A DNA stretch of 25,676 nucleotides from a virus (lineage: Duplodnaviria > Caudoviricetes). Location of the stretch: the IMG/VR virus record IMGVR_UViG_3300048998_000137, positions 1 through 25,676 of that record. One strand, 5' to 3'. Below, piece by piece: positions 13,480-21,252 of the stretch. Position numbers and translations under genes: made by a program. Every line of letters begins with the position of its first letter. Within the stretch, counting starts at the first letter, position 1. Below the pieces are notes generated by a model. That model was given only the letters and a program-made list of their open reading frames with translations, was not told the DNA's origin and made no database searches.

Positions 13480-15186
13480 TCACGGGCGGTAGACGATCCC
13501 GGTGGAGGGCCGGGAGGCGACCCCGGTGGAGGGCCGGGAGGCGACCCCGGTGGAGGGCCGGTGCACGGTGGGGTCCGCGACGCTGACAGCGCCAACCGCG
13601 GTCAGCGCGCCGGTGCCGGCCAGGGTGGCCACGGCCGCCCGGGTCACTACGGCGGTCGCGATCAGCGCGCCAGTGCCGGGCAAGACAGCGGTGCCCGGGG
13701 GGCTGACGATGGCGGCCGTCGCCGTGAGAGCGCCGATGCCGGCCAGGGTGGCGGGCGCCGACCGGGTCGCCGCAGCCGTCGCGGCGAGAGCGCCGGTGCC
13801 GACGAGGTCGCCGGTGGCCACGGTTCCGGTGACCGTGGCCACCACGGTCAGGGCGCCGGTGCCGGCCAGGGTGGCGGTTGCCGGGTGGGTGGCCGCGCCG
13901 GTCGTGGTGAGCTGACCCGTTCCCGCGAGAGAGGTGGTGGCATCGCGGGTGACGGTCGCCGTGGCCGTGAGCGCGCCGGCGCCGTTGACCGTGGCCGTCG
14001 TGGTGGCCGTGTTGTTCCCGGCCGCGGTCAGCGCGCCCGTGCCCGCGAGCGAGGTGGTGGTGTCGCGGGTGACGGCGGCCGTGGCCGTGAGCGCGCCGGA
14101 ACCGGTGAGCGTGGCCGCCGAAGAGGTGGACGCCAGTGCCGCAGCGGTCAGCGCGCCGGTGCCCACGAGCGAGGTGGTGGCGGACTGCGTGAAGGAGCCC
14201 GTGCCGATGATCGCGCCGGCGCCCACGAGTGGGGCGGTGGCGTCGCGGGTGGCGTCGGCCGTAGCCGTGAGGGCGCCGGAACCGGTGAGCGTGGCCGCAG
14301 CGTCGCGAGTGGCGGCGTCAGTACCCGCCAGAGCGCCAGAGCCCGCGAGGGAGGTGGTGGCGTCACGGGTGACGGTCGCCGTGGCCGTGAGCGCGCCAGT
14401 GCCCGTGAGTGCGGCAGTGGCATCGCGGGTGACGGCGGCCGTGGCCGTGAGGGCGCCAGTGCCAGCCAGCGTGGCCGCCGGGGGCGCGGCCGGAGCCGAC
14501 CTGGTGACCGAGATGACCGGGTAGCCGTAACCCAGGTTCGGGACGCTCGCGGTCGCCACCGAGGTAGCGGCGATCGCGTTCTGGTTGGCTTTGAAGCCGG
14601 TCACGTCGGGTACAGCTTGCGAGATGTCCGACTGATCGAGGACCCAGAGCGACCGGGGCTGAGCCAACGATGTCCAGGCGCTCAGGTCGTAGGGCATTTG
14701 CTCTAGTTTGGTGTCACCGAGCCCGGCGTTGTATGTGGCCGCAGCGGCGATGTCGCCCAGGAACGGCCACGATCCCGTGACCCGGTCGCCGAGCCGGACA
14801 CCGGTCAAGACGGACGTCGAACCGGCCGTAGTGGTCGATGCGCTGGTGTGTTTCCAGACCCCGGTGCCGTAGGTGTACTGATGAATCCGGGGAACCACTA
14901 TCCCGGACACTTTGGTAACCGCGAGGAGAATCCACCCGTCCGACGAGTTCATGATGAACGGGGTCGCCGGGAAATACCCGTTGCCTTCGATGCTGCACAG
15001 CACTCCCGACGACGTTCCGAGGCTGGTGATCCCCGATTGTCCGGCCGCGCTGGTAATAGAGAAAAGGTCACAAGCTGTAGTGACGTTAGAAAAGCGACAC
15101 ACCACTACCCACGTGAATGTGTCGGTAGTTGGTACGGCGCCGACTGCAAACGAGATGCTGTCGGAGCCCGAGAAAGTTCTCGCCAC
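13480..15186 (-). CDS. Putative fibre protein: N-terminal LamG/ConA-like domain, 15 x 20-aa repeats, short C-terminal repeat
   Basis: N-terminal ~230 aa with TFTWVVV, GWILLAVT and VRLG...FLGDIAAAATYN pattern; central xLxGxGALTAT repeats; terminal RPSTGVAS repeats. Confidence 0.8.
   Translation of the reverse strand: MARTFSGSDSISFAVGAVPTTDTFTWVVVCRFSNVTTACDLFSITSAAGQSGITSLGTSSGVLCSIEGNGYFPATPFIMNSSDGWILLAVTKVSGIVVPRIHQYTYGTGVWKHTSASTTTAGSTSVLTGVRLGDRVTGSWPFLGDIAAAATYNAGLGDTKLEQMPYDLSAWTSLAQPRSLWVLDQSDISQAVPDVTGFKANQNAIAATSVATASVPNLGYGYPVISVTRSAPAAPPAATLAGTGALTATAAVTRDATAALTGTGALTATATVTRDATTSLAGSGALAGTDAATRDAAATLTGSGALTATADATRDATAPLVGAGAIIGTGSFTQSATTSLVGTGALTAAALASTSSAATLTGSGALTATAAVTRDTTTSLAGTGALTAAGNNTATTTATVNGAGALTATATVTRDATTSLAGTGQLTTTGAATHPATATLAGTGALTVVATVTGTVATGDLVGTGALAATAAATRSAPATLAGIGALTATAAIVSPPGTAVLPGTGALIATAVVTRAAVATLAGTGALTAVGAVSVADPTVHRPSTGVASRPSTGVASRPSTGIVYRP
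13498..13561. repeat. 24-bp perfect tandem repeat, about 2.7 copies (encodes RPSTGVAS)
   Basis: CCCGGTGGAGGGCCGGGAGGCGAC at 13498 and 13522, partial copy at 13546. Confidence 0.95.
13576..14472. repeat. Degenerate 60-bp coding tandem repeat, 15 units
   Basis: Protein unit approximately TLAGTGALTATAAVTRDATA; the 60-nt period is visible as column alignment in the 60-nt lines; two units are 21 aa. Confidence 0.92.
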
Positions 15187-15207
15187 GACGGGCCGCCCCC
15201 GTCTCGG

Positions 15208-15732
15208 CTAGGTGGTCGTGTAGGTGAATGCCGCGACGAGAAACTCGGCGTCGCCGGCGGCCGTGTCCGACCCGCTTGCGCCGTCACGGCTGAGCCGGAA
15301 CACGACGAAGTCCCCGGCGGCCAAAGAGTCCACACTGGTCAATGTGACGGTGGCCTCGGCCATATACCCGGGAGTCGCCGGAACGGTGCTGGTCGCCGAG
15401 TTGGCCGAGTCGAATACGGCGGTGTCGACGTCTTTGGCGTCGCCGGGGGTGGTGGCGGAAATCCGGCCGACCCAAACGACCGCGCCGGTCGTGGCCGCCA
15501 ACATCTTGTATTGAATTTTGACGACGGGCGCCGAGGCGTAATCGTCAGGCATCCGGAACTGCCAGGTGACGATCTCTTCCTGAGCGGCGTCGAACGCGAG
15601 CTGCAGGAAGTAGTCGACGAAGTTGCCCGAGCCGGCGCTCTTGACCCGCTGCAGGGCGGGCACTTTGTTGAACGTGGTGTCGTCTGGGATGACGACCGAT
15701 CCGGGGGTGAGGATGATGGTTCCGGTGGCCAT
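15208..15732 (-). CDS. Hypothetical beta-sandwich virion protein in the fibre cassette
   Basis: ATG at 15732; beta-rich (LAFDAAQEE...WQFRMPDDY...FVVFRLSRD...DTAAGDA); between the 125-aa gene and the repeat fibre gene. Confidence 0.7.
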   Translation of the reverse strand: MATGTIILTPGSVVIPDDTTFNKVPALQRVKSAGSGNFVDYFLQLAFDAAQEEIVTWQFRMPDDYASAPVVKIQYKMLAATTGAVVWVGRISATTPGDAKDVDTAVFDSANSATSTVPATPGYMAEATVTLTSVDSLAAGDFVVFRLSRDGASGSDTAAGDAEFLVAAFTYTTT

Positions 15733-15757
15733 TGCCCACCCCAATCTGTGAGAGCGA

Positions 15758-16135
15758 TCAGGCGGCGAGAGTGCCCTGGGTCGCGGTCACGGTGACGTTC
15801 AACGTGTCGCCGTTGGTCACCGGCTTGGACGCGGCCAGGACGCCCGAGGCGAGGAAGTTGCCCGCGGTCGCGGCGTCCCAGAGGGATACGTGCGAGATCG
15901 TCTCGGACCCGGCCACCCACGGCGTCCAGGTGACCGCGGTAGCCACGGACGATCCAGCCGAGGGGGCGGCGAACGTGACGGCCTTACGGGTGGTCTCGGC
16001 CGAGGCGTTGGCCGTGCCGGCGGCGCCGGGGTCACCGGTGTGCACCTTGAGGTACGGGGTCACGCCGGTGTAGGTGGTGCCACGGAAGACGTTCAGGATC
16101 GCGCTGGCGTGCGCGGTGGACAGGCCGACAGTCAT
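15758..16135 (-). CDS. Small fibre subunit (neck-fibre Gp80-like)
   Basis: YLKVHTGDPGAAGT...RKAVTF...ISHVSLWDAATAGNFL...GDTL motif set; SD GGAG; ATGA overlap. Confidence 0.7.
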   Translation of the reverse strand: MTVGLSTAHASAILNVFRGTTYTGVTPYLKVHTGDPGAAGTANASAETTRKAVTFAAPSAGSSVATAVTWTPWVAGSETISHVSLWDAATAGNFLASGVLAASKPVTNGDTLNVTVTATQGTLAA

Positions 16136-16266
16136 CGGGACTCCGCATCATCGGGTTCGGGGGTGCCGGGGATGACCTCGGCTTCAGCGGTGATCTGCAG
16201 GAATCCGGCCAGGCCCTCGGCCGGCGGGACCAGCTCGGGCTCAGGTGCCGGAACGGGTTCGGTCAT
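16132..16266 (-). CDS. 44-aa hypothetical protein (absent from the ORF track)
   Basis: MTEPVPAPEPELVPPAEGLAGFLQITAEAEVIPGTPEPDDAESR*; ATGA overlaps with both neighbours and exactly fills the gap. Confidence 0.7.
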   Translation of the reverse strand: MTEPVPAPEPELVPPAEGLAGFLQITAEAEVIPGTPEPDDAESR

Positions 16267-16880
16267 CCGTGCCCCCGGGCGGTCAGTTGCACGGAACGGC
16301 GCGGTCGCCCGTACTGGCGGCGCAACGCGATGGTCATGCCGGCGGTCGCCTCAAGCTGGCCCGCGGCGGCCGCATATTGCACGTCGTAGTCGTCGATACG
16401 TTCACGCAGGACGGCGCCCGAGGCCGGGTTGGAGTAGCCGGCAGCGGCGAGCTGCAGGACGCACGAGCGGGCCAACTGCAGGCGTTGGTCATTCGCCGCC
16501 AGGCCGTGCGTGTAGACGAACGTGGCGGTCGATGGCTGGCTCGGGTAGTGGATCAGGACCGAACGCCAGCCGTAGGCCCGCCAGAGGCGGCCGCGGGACA
16601 ACTGCACGACGTAGTCGACGCCGGCGTTGAGCAGCGTGGTCCCGATCGTGGCCGACGTGACGGCGGTGACCGGCCACTGCGGCAGGATCACGTACTGCCC
16701 GCCGTCCAGTTCGTCGAGGTCCATGACCACCGTGTCGTTGACGACCTGCACGATGCGCTGGCCGGCTGCGGCCTGCACCGCGGCGGTAGACGCCTCGATG
16801 AGCAAAGTCGCGGTAGCCCGGTCAAGGTCGTGCTGCAGCAGCGACGCAAGATCCTCTGGGGTGGCCAGTTGGTCGGCCAT
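16263..16880 (-). CDS. Head-tail adaptor (connector) protein
   Basis: TAATG overlap gives the start MADQLATPEDLASLL; LPQWPVTAVTS, FVYTHG and YSNP...ERIDDY are typical adaptor motifs. Confidence 0.85.
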   Translation of the reverse strand: MADQLATPEDLASLLQHDLDRATATLLIEASTAAVQAAAGQRIVQVVNDTVVMDLDELDGGQYVILPQWPVTAVTSATIGTTLLNAGVDYVVQLSRGRLWRAYGWRSVLIHYPSQPSTATFVYTHGLAANDQRLQLARSCVLQLAAAGYSNPASGAVLRERIDDYDVQYAAAAGQLEATAGMTIALRRQYGRPRRSVQLTARGHG

Positions 16881-18883
16881 TACGGCGCGACCTCGAAGAT
16901 CTCGTACGCCACGACTGAGGTATCGGTCGCCGACGCCGAGGTGATGGTGAACGATGTCCCGACGACGCGGGCGGTCACCGCGAGGGCCTGCGGGCTGGTG
17001 ACGGTGCCGAGCGACTGCGCCGTCAACTGGATCCGTGAGGTCGCCGTGACCGAGGTGTTCGCCACGGTGACGGTGCCGGCGGCCATCGTGGCGACGCCCT
17101 GCTTGGCGTTGCCGCCCTCGCCGACCGCGATGCCCTTGGACGTGCCGGATCCGCCGATGTTGAGACCGCCGAGGAACTGCGGCACCCAGGCGGTACGCGG
17201 CCACCATTCGACGCTGCGGGTCACGTCGTTCTGGCAGATGACCAGGGCGTGCGACTTCTGGTTGTACGAGGTCGACGCCATCCGCAGGAACGCGGAGGTG
17301 TTGGTCGTACCGATGGCCCGCAGGTCCCACGAGTCGGAGTTGACGTTGACGACCGGGCCGGCCGTGGTCGGAGTCGTCGCTGAGCCGACGTTGTAGATGA
17401 GGCTGTCCATGCGTAGCGTTTCCGCGCCGCGTTCGACCAGCGACATCAGGATGCCGACTTCGTACTCGTTGCCGGCCTGGCCGAGGGTGCCGTAGATGGA
17501 GCCGCCCATCCAGCACGACTTGCTGGACATCAGCACATTGGCCAGGAAGGCGCCCTCGGAGTGGCAACCGGTGGAGAAGATCGGCACGTCGTTGAACGGG
17601 GTGACCAGCATCTTGCAGGACAGGCCGATGTGGTTGCGGCCCCAGATGTGAGCCTGGCTCTGCACGAGGCCGGACTCACCCTTCTGGATCCGGTTGACCA
17701 GGACCCCGTGCGAGGGCTTGATGATGCCGACGTTGGTGACCGTGACCCCGACCGCGCGGCCGCCTGACGCGGTGCAGCCGGTGAACGTGGTCACCGCGCC
17801 GGCCGTGCTGGCGCCGGTGTACGTGACGACGATGAACGGGGCGCCGTTGGCGTCGGTCGGGACGATGAACCAACCGCCGGACTCCGGGAACAGCGACGTA
17901 CTGGCCGCCTGGGTCGTGGCGAAGGTGAACGTGCCGGACCCGGGGGTGATGTTGGTCGACCCGTTGATCGGGGTCGCGCCGTACGTGGCGTGATACGGCC
18001 GGATCGTCGAGTCGAGTGTGGCCACCACGTAGTTCGCCAAGATGCTGTCGTGGGGGCCGTTCCAGTCGAGGCCGATGGAGCCGCCGGCGACGCCGCCGTA
18101 GTTGAAGATCTTGAAGTTGCGCCAAAGCGCTTCCATGTGGTCGTTACCAGGGCCGCCGTTGGGTGCCCACTCGGAGGTGACGCCGATGGTGTGACCGTTG
18201 ATGAACCAGACGTCGTCGACGGTGTGGTTCCAGCCGTACGAGGCGTAGCACCGTGACTGCGAGGTCTGCTGGGTCCGGTTCGCGTCCAGGGTGATGTGAC
18301 GCAGGCCGTGGCCGCGGGCGCCGACGTTGCCGTTGCCGATGCCGTTGGTGCCGGTCAGCAGGTCGAACTGATACGTCTTGAGCAGGTCGTTGTTCGTGCC
18401 GGCCTTCAGCTTGACCACGGACACCTGCGGGCTGTCGCCCTGCCACACGACGCCGGCGTGAATGGTCTGGGTGCCGGTCATGTAGGTGCCGGCCGGGAAG
18501 TACAGGGTGCCGCCGCCCGCGTCGAACAGCGCGTTCTCGGCGGCGGTGATGGCCGCGGTGTCGTCGGTGACGCCGTCGCCGGTCGCGCCGTAGGAGGCGA
18601 CCGACACGGTTCGCCGGGTCGGCTGGTTGACCGAGCCGCCGGTGATGGTGACGTTGGCCTGCCCGCCGGTCCACTTGACCGTGTAGACGCCCGGGTCGGC
18701 GTAGAACGTCAGCAGCCGGGCTTCGTTCAGGTAGACCACCGGCCCGACGGTCTTGCCCTTGGACACATCTGAGTAGAGAGTCGCGTCGTTGCCGGACGAG
18801 TCGGTGACCCGTAACGGCGCCTCGATCGGTGCGCCAGAGATTCCGGCGGGACCGAACTTGCCCGCGAACTGGTAAGTCGGCAC
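16880..18883 (-). CDS. Pectate-lyase-3/GH28-like right-handed beta-helix protein (depolymerase/spike candidate)
   Basis: GTG at 18883 with SD GAGGAG; VSVASYGATGDGVTDDTAAITAA...GGGTLYFPAGTY signature; Asn/Gly-rich body; distinct N- and C-terminal beta domains. Confidence 0.82.
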   Translation of the reverse strand: MPTYQFAGKFGPAGISGAPIEAPLRVTDSSGNDATLYSDVSKGKTVGPVVYLNEARLLTFYADPGVYTVKWTGGQANVTITGGSVNQPTRRTVSVASYGATGDGVTDDTAAITAAENALFDAGGGTLYFPAGTYMTGTQTIHAGVVWQGDSPQVSVVKLKAGTNNDLLKTYQFDLLTGTNGIGNGNVGARGHGLRHITLDANRTQQTSQSRCYASYGWNHTVDDVWFINGHTIGVTSEWAPNGGPGNDHMEALWRNFKIFNYGGVAGGSIGLDWNGPHDSILANYVVATLDSTIRPYHATYGATPINGSTNITPGSGTFTFATTQAASTSLFPESGGWFIVPTDANGAPFIVVTYTGASTAGAVTTFTGCTASGGRAVGVTVTNVGIIKPSHGVLVNRIQKGESGLVQSQAHIWGRNHIGLSCKMLVTPFNDVPIFSTGCHSEGAFLANVLMSSKSCWMGGSIYGTLGQAGNEYEVGILMSLVERGAETLRMDSLIYNVGSATTPTTAGPVVNVNSDSWDLRAIGTTNTSAFLRMASTSYNQKSHALVICQNDVTRSVEWWPRTAWVPQFLGGLNIGGSGTSKGIAVGEGGNAKQGVATMAAGTVTVANTSVTATSRIQLTAQSLGTVTSPQALAVTARVVGTSFTITSASATDTSVVAYEIFEVAP

Positions 18884-18940
18884 GGCGGAACTCCTCAAAC
18901 TGGGGCGGTGATCAGGGGCCGTAGTGGTCAGGGGTGGGAG

Positions 18941-18985
18941 ACGCAGAAGCCCCGCCGGAGTTCAATCCGTGCGGGGCTTCTGCGT
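18941..18985 (-). terminator. Strong hairpin / probable terminator after the capsid genes
   Basis: 15-bp arms ACGCAGAAGCCCCGC / GCGGGGCTTCTGCGT, 9 bp after the stop at 18995. Confidence 0.75.
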
Positions 18986-18994
18986 TCGGGTCGA

Positions 18995-19222
18995 TCAGCG
19001 TTCGGCTACGCCGTTGGCCTTACGTTCGGCGTCCTTGGCGTCCAGGCGGACGTGCTCGGCCTGTTCCGGGTCGGTCTCGGGGGTTGGCGCCCCGTCGGCC
19101 TGGCCCTGCAGCGTGTACGCCTGGTTCGGCGTGCTGTCGACCTCGACGCCCCGGAAGCCCTGGGCGGTCTCCTGGTCGACCACCTGCTGCGGGTCGACGG
19201 CCGGTGTCTTGTCCTTGGTCAT
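18995..19222 (-). CDS. Hypothetical head-region protein (75 aa)
   Basis: SD GGGAG; GFRGVEVDSTPNQAYT core; in the capsid operon. Confidence 0.72.
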   Translation of the reverse strand: MTKDKTPAVDPQQVVDQETAQGFRGVEVDSTPNQAYTLQGQADGAPTPETDPEQAEHVRLDAKDAERKANGVAER

Positions 19223-19234
19223 GTCGGGGTCTCC

Positions 19235-19642
19235 CTACGCGTAGCGGGGCGAGATGGACACGGTCGCGAGACCGCCGGGGTCGGCCTGGCCGGTACCGAT
19301 GGCATTCGACGCCCAGACGAGGACGTCGCCGGCCGCGACGACCAGGTTGGCCGGGGTGCCGGACAGCGTGACCGCCTTGGAAACGAGCGCGACCGCGTCG
19401 GTGGCGAGGTTGAACTGCAGGGTCGCGACGACCGTGGTACCGGCGCCGTTAGACCCCTTGTTGATCAACTGAATCTGTCGGGTGTTCGTGTTGGCGCCGG
19501 TGATCGCCGCGACCGGAACGAAGGTCACGGACGATACGACGCCGTCGTACGGGGCGATCCGGACAACCGTCACGGAACTGCTTCCCGCGGTCGCCACGGG
19601 CTGAATGAACCGGGCGGCGCCTGAGCTGAAAGGAGCGGTCAT
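19235..19642 (-). CDS. Putative capsid decoration/cement protein
   Basis: 135 aa, beta-rich (APYDGVVSSV...VAAGDVL), directly after the major capsid gene; SD GGAG. Confidence 0.68.
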   Translation of the reverse strand: MTAPFSSGAARFIQPVATAGSSSVTVVRIAPYDGVVSSVTFVPVAAITGANTNTRQIQLINKGSNGAGTTVVATLQFNLATDAVALVSKAVTLSGTPANLVVAAGDVLVWASNAIGTGQADPGGLATVSISPRYA

Positions 19643-19656
19643 GTCAGGTTCTCCGA

Positions 19657-20619
19657 TCAGGGGATCAGGATGCGGGCGACCGGGTACCGGTTCGCCTCAA
19701 CGGACTGGTCGAAATTGATGATGTTCGACACCTGCCACCCGATGCGGAACGTCAGGCGAATGGCCGTCATATCCTGCTGCGGGAGGTTGTAGATGATCGC
19801 GCCGGACGCGTCGGTGATGACCGCCTGATCGAGGATCTTCATGGTGATGTCCTGGCGGACACCGATCACGAACTGCGACCAGTCGCCCGCCAGCGAATAG
19901 ACGCCGCCGGATCCGGACGGCCACAGACCGCGCATCGGGTAGGTGATGGGCAGACCGTCGACAGTCTTGAGGTCACCCGTGATGCGGGTCGGGTCGATCT
20001 TCTGGCCGAGGGAGTCCCGAGCCGCCCGCAGGCGGGCCCGCCAGGCGGTCGCCGCAGCGAAACCGGAAGCGTCGAAACCGTCGGCGTCAAGCAGCGCGTA
20101 CGCGGCGTCGATGTCACCGAGACCCCCACCGGCGGTGGCCGCAGCGTTGCCGGTGACCGAGTTGCCCGCGGCCGCAGCGGCCGCGCTGATGTTGGTCGGC
20201 CAGGTGGCCGGGGCGTTGACGCCGAAGAACACGGCCGCGTCCAGGGTCCGGGCGACCGCCTCGACGAGGTACGGCATCGACTGGTCCCAGACATTGGCGT
20301 CCATGTCGGCCACCACATTGTCGGGCACCGGCATGATCGTCGCGATTTCCTCGACGTTCAGGTACTTGTTCGTCCAGTTGACCTCGGTGGTCTGCTTGAT
20401 ACCGGTGTCGCCATTCACGAAATAGGCGACGGGCAGGGCAGACAGCACCGGGAATCGCAACTGCCCCCGGGAAACGGGCACCCGGCGGAACATCTGCAGA
20501 ACCGCCGAATCGCTCGTAGCGCGGGCGAGCATGTCCTTCGAGACTTCCTCGGGGATCAGTGCTGCGGCGTCGGTGCGACTCGTTAAGTTGTTGTACGCGA
20601 TGGGACTCACCTTCTCCAT
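19657..20619 (-). CDS. Major capsid protein (HK97 fold); start position uncertain
   Basis: ALIPEEVS, PVAYFV.G, EEIATIMPV, LDAAVFFG, GDWSQFVIGVRQDIT and NLPQQDMTAIR motifs; follows the scaffold gene. Confidence 0.93.
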   Translation of the reverse strand: MEKVSPIAYNNLTSRTDAAALIPEEVSKDMLARATSDSAVLQMFRRVPVSRGQLRFPVLSALPVAYFVNGDTGIKQTTEVNWTNKYLNVEEIATIMPVPDNVVADMDANVWDQSMPYLVEAVARTLDAAVFFGVNAPATWPTNISAAAAAAGNSVTGNAAATAGGGLGDIDAAYALLDADGFDASGFAAATAWRARLRAARDSLGQKIDPTRITGDLKTVDGLPITYPMRGLWPSGSGGVYSLAGDWSQFVIGVRQDITMKILDQAVITDASGAIIYNLPQQDMTAIRLTFRIGWQVSNIINFDQSVEANRYPVARILIP

Positions 20620-20654
20620 TCAGGTAGGCCCCATCGGGGAACCTACTCAGGTTC

Positions 20655-21167
20655 TCAGGCCAGGCCCGCGGCCTGCCTGATACGCGCGTTCATGTCGATA
20701 GGCCCGGACGTTTTCGTCCGGGCGCCGCCGTCGAAATCGGCGGCCTTGCCGCCCCCGAGGCGCTTGATTCGGGCCTCGATCGCCTTGAGGTCGGGTTCGC
20801 CGTCGTCGCCGACGAATCGGGACAGGTCGACGTCTTCGAGGTAGGCGTTGAGCGTCTCGGCGTCGACCGTGCCGGCGGCGGCCGCGCGGAACTCGGCGCG
20901 GACCAGTCGGGCGCCAGCCTTGCCGGCGGCGGCCTGCGCGCCGCGAGCCTCGGCGTCGGCCACAGCGCGTTCCTGCTCGGACATCGCGGCCGCAGCCTTT
21001 TTCTTGAGGTCGCCGTAATCGGCGAACTTCGCCCGCTCGCGAGTGACCCGGTCGGTGACGATGCGGTCGACGTCGGCCTGTGTGAACGCCTTACCCGCGT
21101 CGGCTGCGGGGGGCCCGGCCGGGGGTGTGGCGGTGTCGTCCGTGTCGGTACTGGCGGTGTCGGTCAT
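20655..21167 (-). CDS. Capsid scaffolding protein
   Basis: ATG at 21167 with SD GGAGG; FTQADVDRIV.DR..RER.KFADY.DLK.KA motif; C-terminal MNARIR. Confidence 0.88.
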   Translation of the reverse strand: MTDTASTDTDDTATPPAGPPAADAGKAFTQADVDRIVTDRVTRERAKFADYGDLKKKAAAAMSEQERAVADAEARGAQAAAGKAGARLVRAEFRAAAAGTVDAETLNAYLEDVDLSRFVGDDGEPDLKAIEARIKRLGGGKAADFDGGARTKTSGPIDMNARIRQAAGLA

Positions 21168-21252
21168 GTGTTCCTCCGTGAGCCCGTCGGCGTGGTGCAC
21201 CGGCCTTGAGCGCGGCCGTAGCGCGTACCCGCCGGGGAAGCCCCGGCGGTGG

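Noticed and set aside
13576-14472. Regularly spaced repeats as a possible CRISPR array or DGR template/variable repeat
   Set aside because: Units are contiguous, degenerate and in-frame coding repeats with no repeat-spacer structure; no cas or reverse transcriptase gene is present and I saw no adenine-specific repeat pair
16881-17567. 434-aa version of the adaptor ORF (16263-17567)
   Set aside because: The extension overlaps the beta-helix gene in another frame; the TAATG overlap places the start at 16880
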